Positions 37,501 through 46,016 of a DNA stretch of 64,000 nt are shown here, in pieces. A program made the position numbers and the translations under genes. The DNA comes from Candidatus Poribacteria bacterium (GTDB lineage Bacteria; Poribacteria; WGA-4E; GCA-2687025), in contig JABGQA010000059.1 of assembly GCA_018644665.1 (NCBI GenBank), positions 34,839-98,838 of the forward strand, given 5' to 3'. A model generated the notes under the pieces. The model was not told the origin of the DNA and did no database searches. It saw only the letters and a list, made by a program, of their open reading frames with translations. Positions within the stretch are counted from its first letter, which is position 1; every line of letters begins with the position of its first letter.

Positions 37501-40062
37501 TTAGAAGCGGCTCGAAGGCGGGTCGGATGGGCCGCTAGGAAGCGCTGAGACCTTCGGAGCATCGAACTCCACGATGAAGCCCAATTGGTGTTCCCATGGG
37601 TCCTGTGGGTGCCAGCCGTAATGCTCCTGCGTTCCAGCGCGCTCCGGTTCCTGAGCGTACAGGTCTCGCGTTGTCACCGCTCGAGCGTTCCACTCGTTCG
37701 AGGTCCGCGGCTCTCCACGTATCCAGGCGGCGTACTCCCAACGCTCGCCGTGGTCCCACTGCCAACTGAACGACGCGCCGGCGCCACCAGTCGGGTCACC
37801 ATACCCGCCCATCCAGCACCCGTGCCGTGCGAGGGGGAGTTCCAGAAGGAGGAAGCGGTTCTCGTCTTCGGATGTGACCGACGCAAGATAGCCGGCCCGT
37901 CCCTCATGCCGCATCGCCCCCGCTGCCGCCTTCGCCTGCGGCCATGTCAGTCGTCTGGCGGCGATCACGGCGTAATAGATGTGGCCCGTGACAGGGTGAC
38001 GGACGGGGCCCATTGCCAGCGGAGCCCTAACTAGCGCGCCGCCCTCTCGACCGTGGTCCGCAACGGGGCCAACGCTGGCCATGACGGCCTCCTCGAAGCC
38101 CGGCGACAGACGTGTCATCGAGCCCGTATCCAGTGCGAGTTGGTACGTTTGGTACCGTGTATCGCCCTTCCTGCGGTCCACTACGAGCAAGGCGTTCTCA
38201 TCGGGGAACCAGTCGAGTCGACGGCGGCCCGGTCCCTGGATGGGCGACAACTCCCCAAGCGTAGTAGAGGTCATGCCGTCTAGGTGTAGAAGACGCAGTT
38301 CCCGTGGGTCTTCGTCCGTGGCGCCTTTGCTCATGTAGGCCAGGCGGCGCCCGTCAGGAGACCATGCCGGGCGCGTAGCAAGGACCCCGAGCGCGTCGCT
38401 GCCTGGGGCGACCCTCGCGCGCGTGCCGTCCGACTCCATGATGGCGAGTTCCAGGCCCACGTGCCCGATGCGGCGTCGGATCAACGCGATGCGCGATGTA
38501 TCCGGCGACCATACTGCGACGCGGCTTTCCATCGTGTCGTCCGTAAGACGTCGGATGATGGGCCCGTCAGCGTCCAGCAGGTAGATGTTGCCGACTGTGT
38601 CCGTGGGCGCCTGACCGGAACAGAGCAGGCGCGTCCCGTCTGGTGACCACTCGGGATCGCGAAGAGACCACTCGGCATCTCCAAGGGCGTGCATCACGCC
38701 GCCGGAGGCATCGTGCATGTAGACGCGCCAACCGGGCGCGCCGGGACGCATCGTAACGGCGGCGATACGCGAGCCGTCGGGCGACCACGCCGACTCCATG
38801 TAAAACGAAGTATCGTCAGTCAGGCGCTGCGGCCGAGAGCCATCGGAACGCATGATGTAGAGGTTGCGGAAGTAGTCGCCCGGGTAGCGTGTCGCGTACA
38901 GGATTTCCCGTACCGGCGGGGCCTCGCCCTTCGCCATCGCGTACGCCTTCGTGGCGAGCGCCGAACGGCCGTTGAACGCGCCGGGAAGCGTGAGCGCGCC
39001 GAGAGCAACCACTCCCACAACGGCCCAGCGGGATACGGACGTGGCGAAGGACCCAGTCTGTTGCACCAACCGCCGAATCCGCTCCGCAGTCGGTATCACG
39101 CCTGGCACCAGGCCCTCGAACGCGTGGCGCGTGGCCCGCTCCAGCACCCGCATCAGGCACGACGAATACATCAACGCCGCTGACGCCGTTCCCTCTCGTT
39201 GGGCGAGCGATACGACGGCCTCGTCGCACACGTTCTCGGCCTGAGCCATCGCCTGCTTCCCGGCGTACCACACCGCCGGATGGAACCACAGGAACGTCTC
39301 CATGGCTCGTCGTAGCCAGAGGAACCAGTGATCGCCCGCGCGTGCGTGCGTGCCCTCGTGTAGAAGGATGTACTCGAGGTTTGGTGGTGTGTTGTCGTCG
39401 AGGCACCAGGTGGGCAGTAAGATCACCGGACGGAAGAAGCCGTAGATGCACGGCTCCGCGATGCGCGTTGTGAGCCGCACGTGGACGCGCCGGAGCAGCT
39501 TTTCGAGGGCATCGTGGTACTGCTCTACCGAGGCCAGCAGGTCTTCTGCGTCAATCGGAACGGCCTGCATCTTCGTGCGCGTCAGCCAGACTGCGCCGAT
39601 GACGGCGTATCCGAACATCCCGATGCACCCGGCCAACCAGAGCGCGCCGAGCACGGCGAAGCCCGTGACGCCGCCCTGACCTGCGCGGTTGAGCAGCGGG
39701 GGCGCGGTTTCTACCGGTTCGACGACGGGTGCCGGAGGCAAGGCCGCCTGGGTTAGGACGTCCGCGGGGAGAATCGCCTCATCGAGCGACGGGACGTTGG
39801 CTACGCGATCCGCGGCGCGTTCCGCAATGGGGGCGACGGGCGCGTCCCTGCCCATGCCCAGGGGTATCGGCCACCCGATCAGCAGGGACACGAGCGGCTT
39901 CACCACCACCAACGTCCACAGCCACCGCTTGACGCGCGAGGACTTGATGCCGCCACGCCGGGTCACGATGTAGACGATGCCCGTAAGAACGAGGACCTCC
40001 AGCGATATCCACCCGAGATCGTGCACGAGCCACGTGCCCACGCTGTGTAGCGTCTGTGCCAT
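37501..40062 (-). CDS. BlaR1/MecR1-type M56 transmembrane metalloprotease fused to a PD40 (TolB-like) beta-propeller and a C-type lectin domain
   Basis: N-terminal TM helices and the zinc motif LLHEGTHARAGDHW (HEGTH at 39346-39360) are present. The PD40 units are SAWSPDGSRIAAV, PEWSPDGTRLLCSG, AVWSPDTSRIALI and PAWSPDGRRLAYMS. The C-terminal C-type lectin pattern is LTWPQAKAAA...GYLASVTSEDENRFL...CWMGGYG...WQWDHGERWEYAAWIRGEP. Confidence 0.85.
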   Translation of the reverse strand: MAQTLHSVGTWLVHDLGWISLEVLVLTGIVYIVTRRGGIKSSRVKRWLWTLVVVKPLVSLLIGWPIPLGMGRDAPVAPIAERAADRVANVPSLDEAILPADVLTQAALPPAPVVEPVETAPPLLNRAGQGGVTGFAVLGALWLAGCIGMFGYAVIGAVWLTRTKMQAVPIDAEDLLASVEQYHDALEKLLRRVHVRLTTRIAEPCIYGFFRPVILLPTWCLDDNTPPNLEYILLHEGTHARAGDHWFLWLRRAMETFLWFHPAVWYAGKQAMAQAENVCDEAVVSLAQREGTASAALMYSSCLMRVLERATRHAFEGLVPGVIPTAERIRRLVQQTGSFATSVSRWAVVGVVALGALTLPGAFNGRSALATKAYAMAKGEAPPVREILYATRYPGDYFRNLYIMRSDGSRPQRLTDDTSFYMESAWSPDGSRIAAVTMRPGAPGWRVYMHDASGGVMHALGDAEWSLRDPEWSPDGTRLLCSGQAPTDTVGNIYLLDADGPIIRRLTDDTMESRVAVWSPDTSRIALIRRRIGHVGLELAIMESDGTRARVAPGSDALGVLATRPAWSPDGRRLAYMSKGATDEDPRELRLLHLDGMTSTTLGELSPIQGPGRRRLDWFPDENALLVVDRRKGDTRYQTYQLALDTGSMTRLSPGFEEAVMASVGPVADHGREGGALVRAPLAMGPVRHPVTGHIYYAVIAARRLTWPQAKAAAGAMRHEGRAGYLASVTSEDENRFLLLELPLARHGCWMGGYGDPTGGAGASFSWQWDHGERWEYAAWIRGEPRTSNEWNARAVTTRDLYAQEPERAGTQEHYGWHPQDPWEHQLGFIVEFDAPKVSALPSGPSDPPSSRF

Positions 40063-40136
40063 GGTCCTCTGTCACCTACATAACGGGCCAAGATGCCCGG
40101 TGGGAGTATCGCCGAGTCCGCGTAATCCGGGCGCGG

Positions 40137-40535
40137 CTATTCTTCACGCTCGGCCTTTGCCGTAGCCTCGTCTATCAGGTCCCGCGCCTTCCGCAGGTCG
40201 GACAGCGAATGCGCGCCGCCTTCCGCCATGTGGGCGACCAGGGACGTCCAGGAACCATCGAACCAGTCGTCGACGACCTTGTCGATACTAAGCTCCGTGG
40301 CTTCCTGGCGGGTGACGCGGGCGGAGAACCGATACGTCTTGCCCTCCCGCTTCGAGGTGACTACGGCGTCGGCCTTGAGCCGCGTCAATACGGTAGAAAC
40401 CGTCGTGTAGGCTAGCTTTCTCTCGTATTGGAGCGCGTCGTGTACCTCACGGACGGTGGCGGCTCCGCGCTCCCACAGGACTTCCATAACGGCTAGCTGT
40501 AGGTCTGTTAGTGTCGGTGACTTCTTGCGCGGCAT
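40137..40535 (-). CDS. BlaI/MecI/CopY family transcriptional repressor
   Basis: The winged-helix N-terminus is LTDLQLAVMEVLWERGAATVREVHDAL...LAYTTVSTVLTRLKADAVV.SKREGKTYRF. The start was trimmed to the ATG at 40535 (MPRKKSPT). It lies 74 nt upstream of the BlaR1-like gene. Confidence 0.85.
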   Translation of the reverse strand: MPRKKSPTLTDLQLAVMEVLWERGAATVREVHDALQYERKLAYTTVSTVLTRLKADAVVTSKREGKTYRFSARVTRQEATELSIDKVVDDWFDGSWTSLVAHMAEGGAHSLSDLRKARDLIDEATAKAEREE

Positions 40536-40560
40536 AGGGCTCCCACTTGTGCTTTCCCCG

Positions 40561-40589
40561 AGTATATACTGCGGGCAGGTCGAATGCAA
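40561..40589 (-). promoter_or_regulatory. sigma-70-type promoter TTGCAT-17-TATACT for the blaI/blaR1-like operon
   Basis: The minus strand reads CTACACTTGTAG-TTGCAT-tcgacctgcccgcagta-TATACT. This is the same operator/-35 arrangement as at 37432-37472. Confidence 0.5.
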
Positions 40590-40601
40590 CTACAAGTGTA
40601 G
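40590..40601. promoter_or_regulatory. candidate BlaI/MecI-type operator, copy 3 (CTACAAGTGTAG)
   Basis: A near-palindrome 55 bp upstream of the repressor ATG, consistent with autoregulation. Confidence 0.6.
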
Positions 40602-40634
40602 TAAAGTGGCGCCTCCGAGAATCCGCGCGTTCCG

Positions 40635-41561
40635 TCAGCCGATAGCGTCGAGGCGTCGTCGCAGACGGGTCGCGCATTCCTCGACGCGACGCTCCCTGTC
40701 CGGCAGCGCGTCGCCGCACCACCCGATGCGCTCCAGCCAGTCGCGGCAGCGGGCTCGTGTCCAGCGCTCATCGGTAGCCATCAGGCCGCCCACTCTCAGG
40801 GCGAACTCCGCCCACAGGGAATGGAACGCTTCGCGGTGTAGGCCGGCTCCGATCATCCACTCGATCTCCCGTCGCACGTGGCTGAGCACCCCCGAGTCGC
40901 CGGGGTCTCCGAAGAAGGGCAGCAGCGCGGCCACGTCGTCCGCGCTCATCGAAGCTGAGTTCTCGATCGCCACGATGCGGTCGCGCTCCAGTGGAAGCGC
41001 TTGACCGAGTTTCTGTAGGCCGCGCACCCAACTGGGTGACCAGCCTTGGCTCACCAGCAGGGCGTCGGACAGGTTCCACAGCGCGAAGGCGCCCTGACGG
41101 ACGATCTCCACGTGGTCGTCCGCCTCAATGGCCACGGCGATCTTCGCGCGGTTCACGTCGACCTTGTCGACCAGCGTCGAGAGGCGCGCTCTGAGCCATT
41201 GCGGCTCGGCGAACTCAGCGGCCACCCGGCCTTGTACCTCTGTGAAGCGCCCGTCGCGATCGTAGAGGATCACGGCCTCGCGCACGGCGCCAGCGAGGTA
41301 AGGGTCGGCCAGAAGGGCCTCGGCGTCGCCGACGGTGGGCGGGTGGACACGTTCGACATCGAGAAAGTGGCCTTCGCGGAGGGTGTGCCTCGCTCCGGTG
41401 TCCGCTTCCGTAGCCACGATGAGTCGGATGTCGATGTCCGAGAATTCGACACCGTCACCACGAGCCGCGGATCCGATGACGAACACGGCGATGATGTGTG
41501 GATCGGCGTCTATCTGCTCGCATGAAAAGGCGCGGGCTATCTCGAGTCTGCCACCAGACAT
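40635..41561 (-). CDS. nucleotidyltransferase-domain protein (Pol-beta-like NTase with a helical C-terminal domain)
   Basis: Has the GS...D.D motif VFVIGSAARGDGVEFSDIDIRLIV and a helical tail of about 200 aa. The substrate is unknown. Confidence 0.7.
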   Translation of the reverse strand: MSGGRLEIARAFSCEQIDADPHIIAVFVIGSAARGDGVEFSDIDIRLIVATEADTGARHTLREGHFLDVERVHPPTVGDAEALLADPYLAGAVREAVILYDRDGRFTEVQGRVAAEFAEPQWLRARLSTLVDKVDVNRAKIAVAIEADDHVEIVRQGAFALWNLSDALLVSQGWSPSWVRGLQKLGQALPLERDRIVAIENSASMSADDVAALLPFFGDPGDSGVLSHVRREIEWMIGAGLHREAFHSLWAEFALRVGGLMATDERWTRARCRDWLERIGWCGDALPDRERRVEECATRLRRRLDAIG

Positions 41562-41695
41562 CTGAGAGATGTCCCCGCCTTGCGTGGTGTTTCATCGGTC
41601 GCAGAAGGAGCGCCCAGTACGTACACACGTAGGGATGCACCCCGCGAGAGAGCCGCATGAGCGCACGGGCCGCCTCAGCTCGGGGCTGCTGTGGG

Positions 41696-42748
41696 TCAGT
41701 GCTCGGAGATCCAATCCCCCAGGAACTGCAACCCGTTCTCGATGAGGGGTTCGACGAGCACTCCCCGGGGCCCGTTCCGGGTATCGATACACACCTCCAG
41801 GTACACGCCGCTTCCGTGCTGCAAGTAGCATGCCGCCGGGTCGCCGTTGTCGTCTCTGTCGGACAGGATCACCCACGAGGCGTCGAGGCCCGAGAAGCTA
41901 TCGTCGAGAACTGCGACATCCAGATCGTACGTGTTGGGCTGACTGAATAGCCCGGAAGCCGTTCCTGCTGCGGTGACGGTAGAGTCGGAGTTGCCCTCGT
42001 TCAGGACGGTGATGGGATGCGTCGCGATGGGCATCCACGCCCCTACCTGATCCCCGTTGCCGTCCGTGAAGTTGTCGTCGAATGCGGAAATCCAGATTGC
42101 GCCGCCCGCTTGGACCCACGCGTCCACCGTCGCTTCCGTGCCGGCCATGAAGTAGTCGCCATCATGCCCCGGCCCGTTCCACGGGAACCACACGATGTCC
42201 GCGCTCCGCATGTCCCCGTCGAAGCCGGAGGGGTCGATGTTCACCGATTCATATGTGAACGTGTTGTCCCCAACAGACGCCACTGTGGTCAGGTAGCTTG
42301 ACTCGCTCTCTCTGGTATCTCCGATCAAGATGAGCACCTTGTACGACGCCTGCTTCGTGATCGTGATGCCCATCGAGATGGTCGCAAACGTGTCGGAGTT
42401 CACCCCAGCTACCAGAAGCGTGTACGGTTTCCCCGCCGGGGTCGCGTTGAGCGTCACGTTGTTGGAGAAGCTCGCCCCAGTGAAGATCCCTTCCTCTACG
42501 ATCGTCCCTGTGTCGTCGTCCTGTACGCCCCATGCTTGGTTGACAATCGCCGGTGTGCTGGACGACGTGCCAGCGAAGGAGATCGTGTACGTGTCACTAC
42601 CCGACGTGAACGAGGAACCCGTCGGCGAAGTGATGGCGAATACAGGAGCGGCGGCGGACGCGCTACGCGGCATCGTACCCACGGTGGCTACAATCAGCAT
42701 GAACCCTACCGCAGCGACTAGCCGTCCGAACGTCGGAACTGGAATCAC
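41696..42748 (-). CDS. hypothetical secreted protein (Ig-like N-terminal part plus a possible class-I glutamine-amidotransferase-like C-terminal fold)
   Basis: A signal-like segment is FGRLVAAVGFMLIVATVGTMPRSASAAAP. The start is uncertain (GTG 42748 or ATG 42700). The longer ORF overlaps the upstream gene. No catalytic motif was recognised. Confidence 0.5.
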   Translation of the reverse strand: MIPVPTFGRLVAAVGFMLIVATVGTMPRSASAAAPVFAITSPTGSSFTSGSDTYTISFAGTSSSTPAIVNQAWGVQDDDTGTIVEEGIFTGASFSNNVTLNATPAGKPYTLLVAGVNSDTFATISMGITITKQASYKVLILIGDTRESESSYLTTVASVGDNTFTYESVNIDPSGFDGDMRSADIVWFPWNGPGHDGDYFMAGTEATVDAWVQAGGAIWISAFDDNFTDGNGDQVGAWMPIATHPITVLNEGNSDSTVTAAGTASGLFSQPNTYDLDVAVLDDSFSGLDASWVILSDRDDNGDPAACYLQHGSGVYLEVCIDTRNGPRGVLVEPLIENGLQFLGDWISEH

Positions 42749-42788
42749 CCGCAGCACAGCGGCGGCCCTCCGCAACGCCCTGTCAGGG

Positions 42789-43070
42789 CTACTTCTGGAC
42801 AAGCAGCCGTTGGGTCTGTCTCGTCGCGCCGGCGCGGAACTCAGCGTAGTACGTTCCACTGCTGACGCGTTCTCCTTGCGCGTTGCGGCCATCCCAATGC
42901 GCCGCCTCCTGGCGCTCGCGGTAGGTCCCCGCAGCTCGCACGCCTAGCTCGATCAGTCTGACCGTCTTACCATGCGCATCGTAGATCACAACGGAAACGG
43001 ACGCGGCGTCGGCTAGTTGGAAGGGGAGCCATGTTTCTGGGTTGAAGGGGTTTGGGTAGTTCGGCAGCAG
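42789..43070 (-). other. T9SS-type/FlgD-Ig-like C-terminal domain (93 aa), second copy in the window
   Basis: NYPNPFNPETWLPFQL...VVIYDAHGKTVRLI...AHWDGRNAQGERVSSGTYYAEFRAG. Confidence 0.75.
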
Positions 43071-44603
43071 CGTAGTGCGGCGTGGCGTGGCTAGGGCAAG
43101 GAGCCCCTCCAACGCGGATATGCCTCGCCGGAATAGGTCCGACCCGTTGTCGCGCGCGCGCGCCTGGCGCAGCCACTCGGAGATGTCCGCCGAATGCGTC
43201 CCGTCAGGATGCTGGGGCGATGCGGTCACGACGCCAGCCGTCTTGCCGAAGTGTGACGCGACGGTGACCAAGTCGATGATGTTCACGAGGCCGTCGCTGT
43301 TGGCGTCCGTAGGGAGACCCTGGCCAGACGAGCCGAACGCCTGAGCGATCATCACGAGGTCGATGATATCAACTCGGCCGTCGCCATTGACGTCGCCCGT
43401 GATGGGGTCGCCCGTGCCGGGGTCGGGCGTGTGGGCCACGGCGATCGTGTATATGTCCCAGTCGCCATCACGGTTCGACGCGAATGCAAGCGCCGCCCCA
43501 TCTGGGGACCACGAGGGCGCGCCATCACTCGTCGGGTGGTTGCTCACGTTCGTGAGACCGCCGCCAGCGACGTCAGCGGCGTAGACCTCCGTGTTGCCGT
43601 CGCGCATCGACTCGAACGCCACCGTTGTACCGTCGGGCGACCATACTGGCGAGTCGTCTTGCGCGGGGTGCCGGCTCAGATTGCGCATATCTCCTGTGGC
43701 GACGACCACGACATACACTTCCGCGTTGCCGTCCCGGCGAGAGACAACAGCGAGTCGGGATCCGTCGGCAGCCCAGGTCAGTGACCCCTGCGCTGCAGCT
43801 CCTCGCGTGATCTCGCGCCGACTGCCGCCATCGACGTCTGCGATATGGATTTCTGACTTCCCGGGGCCGCCTGAGAGGAAAGCGATCCTGTCGCCTCCAG
43901 GCGACCATGCGGGAGCATGTTGGTTACCAGCGAAACGGCCGAGTGATCGCCTGTTCGTTCCGTCCGTGTCGCTGATGTAGATGTCGGGGTTCCCAGATGA
44001 GGCAGTAGATGTGAAAGCGACTCGGCTGCTGTCCGGCGACCAAGCTGGATCCCAATCCATTGATCCCGTGGGAGTCAGGTTACGGAGAGCGCTCCCGTCC
44101 GCGTCGACTACATGCAGTACGGTCCTGCCGTCTCGGATAGAGAGGAATGCCAACGTGTCACCATCGGGCGACCACTCAGGCGCCCGACTCTCCGGGACAG
44201 TTGGAGCCAATGGGACGGCTGCGCCTCCATTGGTGTCCACGACATAGACGCTGCCGTGGCCGTCCACATCAGAGACGAACGCGAGCCGGGCGTGCACGGC
44301 GCCCCATGCTGGCCCCCAGTCGGACGCGTTGTTCTCGGTCACTGCTTTCGGGACTTCTGCCGCCTGCGCGACCACTCCGGTAGTGACGAGCAGGACGGCG
44401 AGCGCGCACGCCCAGCCTGCCTCGCCACGGCGAGAACTCAAGGCAAGGGCGACGGGGTGGAGCAGATGGGAGTTTGACGTCTGGCCGGCAATGACGGATA
44501 CGGGCCAGGCCCAAGCGCAGTCGCGTGTCATGTCTGCCCAAAACCGGTGTGGGCCGAGCGACGTAGCCCGGTGGAGTGCGCTGTGGCCAGTATGCACCAG
44601 CAT
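42789..44603 (-). CDS. secreted PD40 (TolB-like) beta-propeller protein with a dockerin-type repeat pair and a T9SS-type C-terminal domain
   Basis: Multiple PxWSPDG units are present (PEWSPDGDTLAF, PAWSPDSSRVAF, PAWSPGGDRIAF, PVWSPDGTTVAF, PSWSPDGAALAF). The dockerin is GDVNGDGRVDIIDLVMIAQAF...DANSDGLVNIIDLVTVASHFG. The tail is LLPNYPNPFNPETWLPFQL. The start is uncertain (44603, ATG 44531, or TTG 44441, which gives MSSRRGEAGWACALAVLLVTTGVVAQA). Confidence 0.8.
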   Translation of the reverse strand: MLVHTGHSALHRATSLGPHRFWADMTRDCAWAWPVSVIAGQTSNSHLLHPVALALSSRRGEAGWACALAVLLVTTGVVAQAAEVPKAVTENNASDWGPAWGAVHARLAFVSDVDGHGSVYVVDTNGGAAVPLAPTVPESRAPEWSPDGDTLAFLSIRDGRTVLHVVDADGSALRNLTPTGSMDWDPAWSPDSSRVAFTSTASSGNPDIYISDTDGTNRRSLGRFAGNQHAPAWSPGGDRIAFLSGGPGKSEIHIADVDGGSRREITRGAAAQGSLTWAADGSRLAVVSRRDGNAEVYVVVVATGDMRNLSRHPAQDDSPVWSPDGTTVAFESMRDGNTEVYAADVAGGGLTNVSNHPTSDGAPSWSPDGAALAFASNRDGDWDIYTIAVAHTPDPGTGDPITGDVNGDGRVDIIDLVMIAQAFGSSGQGLPTDANSDGLVNIIDLVTVASHFGKTAGVVTASPQHPDGTHSADISEWLRQARARDNGSDLFRRGISALEGLLALATPRRTTLLPNYPNPFNPETWLPFQLADAASVSVVIYDAHGKTVRLIELGVRAAGTYRERQEAAHWDGRNAQGERVSSGTYYAEFRAGATRQTQRLLVQK

Positions 44604-45089
44604 GTTGGCGTCTGTCCAATGCTGTGGGGGGCGGGGAACGCCTGGTTTTCGCGCCAGGCTATAAGGGATACCCCAGGGGGCGTGGGCTGTGTCTGATTCG
44701 GGAGACGTCTAGCCACAAATACAGTCTGATCACGCGGATAAGCTCCCCACACCCGACCACGGTGAAGAGCCCCAAAGCGTGCGAAAACGTCGCCGCCGCG
44801 ATGTAGAAGCCGCAGTAGGTCGCCGAGAGTCAGTTTCTTACTCTGACCGCTCCCAAGCTACTCGCATAGGTGTCTGACGCAGTCAGGTACGCCGACGGTG
44901 TCAGGCACCGCCAAATAGGGAGTCGAGACGATGCCACCGGATGGATTTACGCACCCATTGACCGCGGCCCGGTAGGCGCGAGGCTGACGCTTCTGGCTAG
45001 CCGTGCGGTTGTATGCGCATTTCTCCCTGGAGTATTCTCCGACGCGTCTGCAAAGACCTGCGACGGGAAACCCCGCGAGGATGTAAGCC

Positions 45090-46016
45090 GTGCGCCTCAT
45101 CTCCGTTGCGCTGCTCGCTCTCACGCTCTCCGGCTGCGCTGCCATCCAGTCCGCGAACCTCCTCACCACCGAAGACGAACTCAGCCTCGGTAAGCAGTTC
45201 GACGCCGAGATATCGAAAGAGGCCGAGTTCCTCGAAGACCCGGAGATCGTCGGATACGTCGATGATCTGACGCAGCGGCTTGCCAAGGTCTGCAAACGCG
45301 CGGACATCGAGTACCACGTGCGCGTTGTCGTGTCCGACGAGATCAACGCGTTCGCCGTCCCGGGCGGGTTTCTGTACGTGAACCTCGGACTCATGCGCGC
45401 GGCGAAGTCAGAGGCGGAACTCGCGGGAGTCATGGGTCACGAAATCGGCCACGTGGTTGGGCGTCACGGCGCGAAGCACATGACCCAGCAGATGGGGCTC
45501 GCCGCTATTGTGGGCGTCATCGCCGGTGACGACCCTGGTCTCACCAAAGAGATCGTCGGTGGGCTCGTCGCCGTCGGCGGGCAAGGGCTCCTCCTCAAAT
45601 ACGGTCGCGAGGACGAACTCGAGGCGGACTCCTACGGCATCCAGAACCTGTACGATGCTGGCATCGATCCGTCGGGTCTCGTCACCTTCTTCGATGCGTT
45701 GCTGACTCAGGAAGGCGGCGGGGACAACGGCATCGGCCGGATGCTCTCCACGCATCCACCGACCAAGCAGCGGATAGCGCAGGGCAAGGCACAGGTCGAC
45801 GCGCTACCCGCCCGTTCTGGATTGCAGAAGACGAGCGCGCGCTTCCGCCGCATCCAGAAGATGCTGCCGGCCCCCAAGGAGCCCGTTGAGAAGGAGGCCG
45901 CCACGCGTGGCGAGGGTCGCGATGAACCGCGCGTAGGCGTTCGGGTTATAGTACATGGCGGGCAAAAGCCGGACGACGTGGACCCAGCAGGGGGCGATGC
46001 TGCGAATGGCAGCTAA
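45090..46016 (+). CDS. M48 family zinc metalloprotease lipoprotein
   Basis: The lipobox is LLALTLSGC-A. The HEXXH motif is GVMGHEIGHVVGRH, with a downstream ELEADSYG. An SD sequence, GAGGA, lies upstream of the GTG start. Confidence 0.85.
   Translation: MRLISVALLALTLSGCAAIQSANLLTTEDELSLGKQFDAEISKEAEFLEDPEIVGYVDDLTQRLAKVCKRADIEYHVRVVVSDEINAFAVPGGFLYVNLGLMRAAKSEAELAGVMGHEIGHVVGRHGAKHMTQQMGLAAIVGVIAGDDPGLTKEIVGGLVAVGGQGLLLKYGREDELEADSYGIQNLYDAGIDPSGLVTFFDALLTQEGGGDNGIGRMLSTHPPTKQRIAQGKAQVDALPARSGLQKTSARFRRIQKMLPAPKEPVEKEAATRGEGRDEPRVGVRVIVHGGQKPDDVDPAGGDAANGS

Noticed and set aside
40638-40645. GCCGATAG, a sigma-28 -10-like octamer at the 3' end of the nucleotidyltransferase gene. Other GCCGAT hits lie at about 8894 and 5956.
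   Set aside because: There is no TAAA element at the required 15-16 nt spacing (the nearest is 31 nt away), and there is no flagellar or chemotaxis gene downstream.
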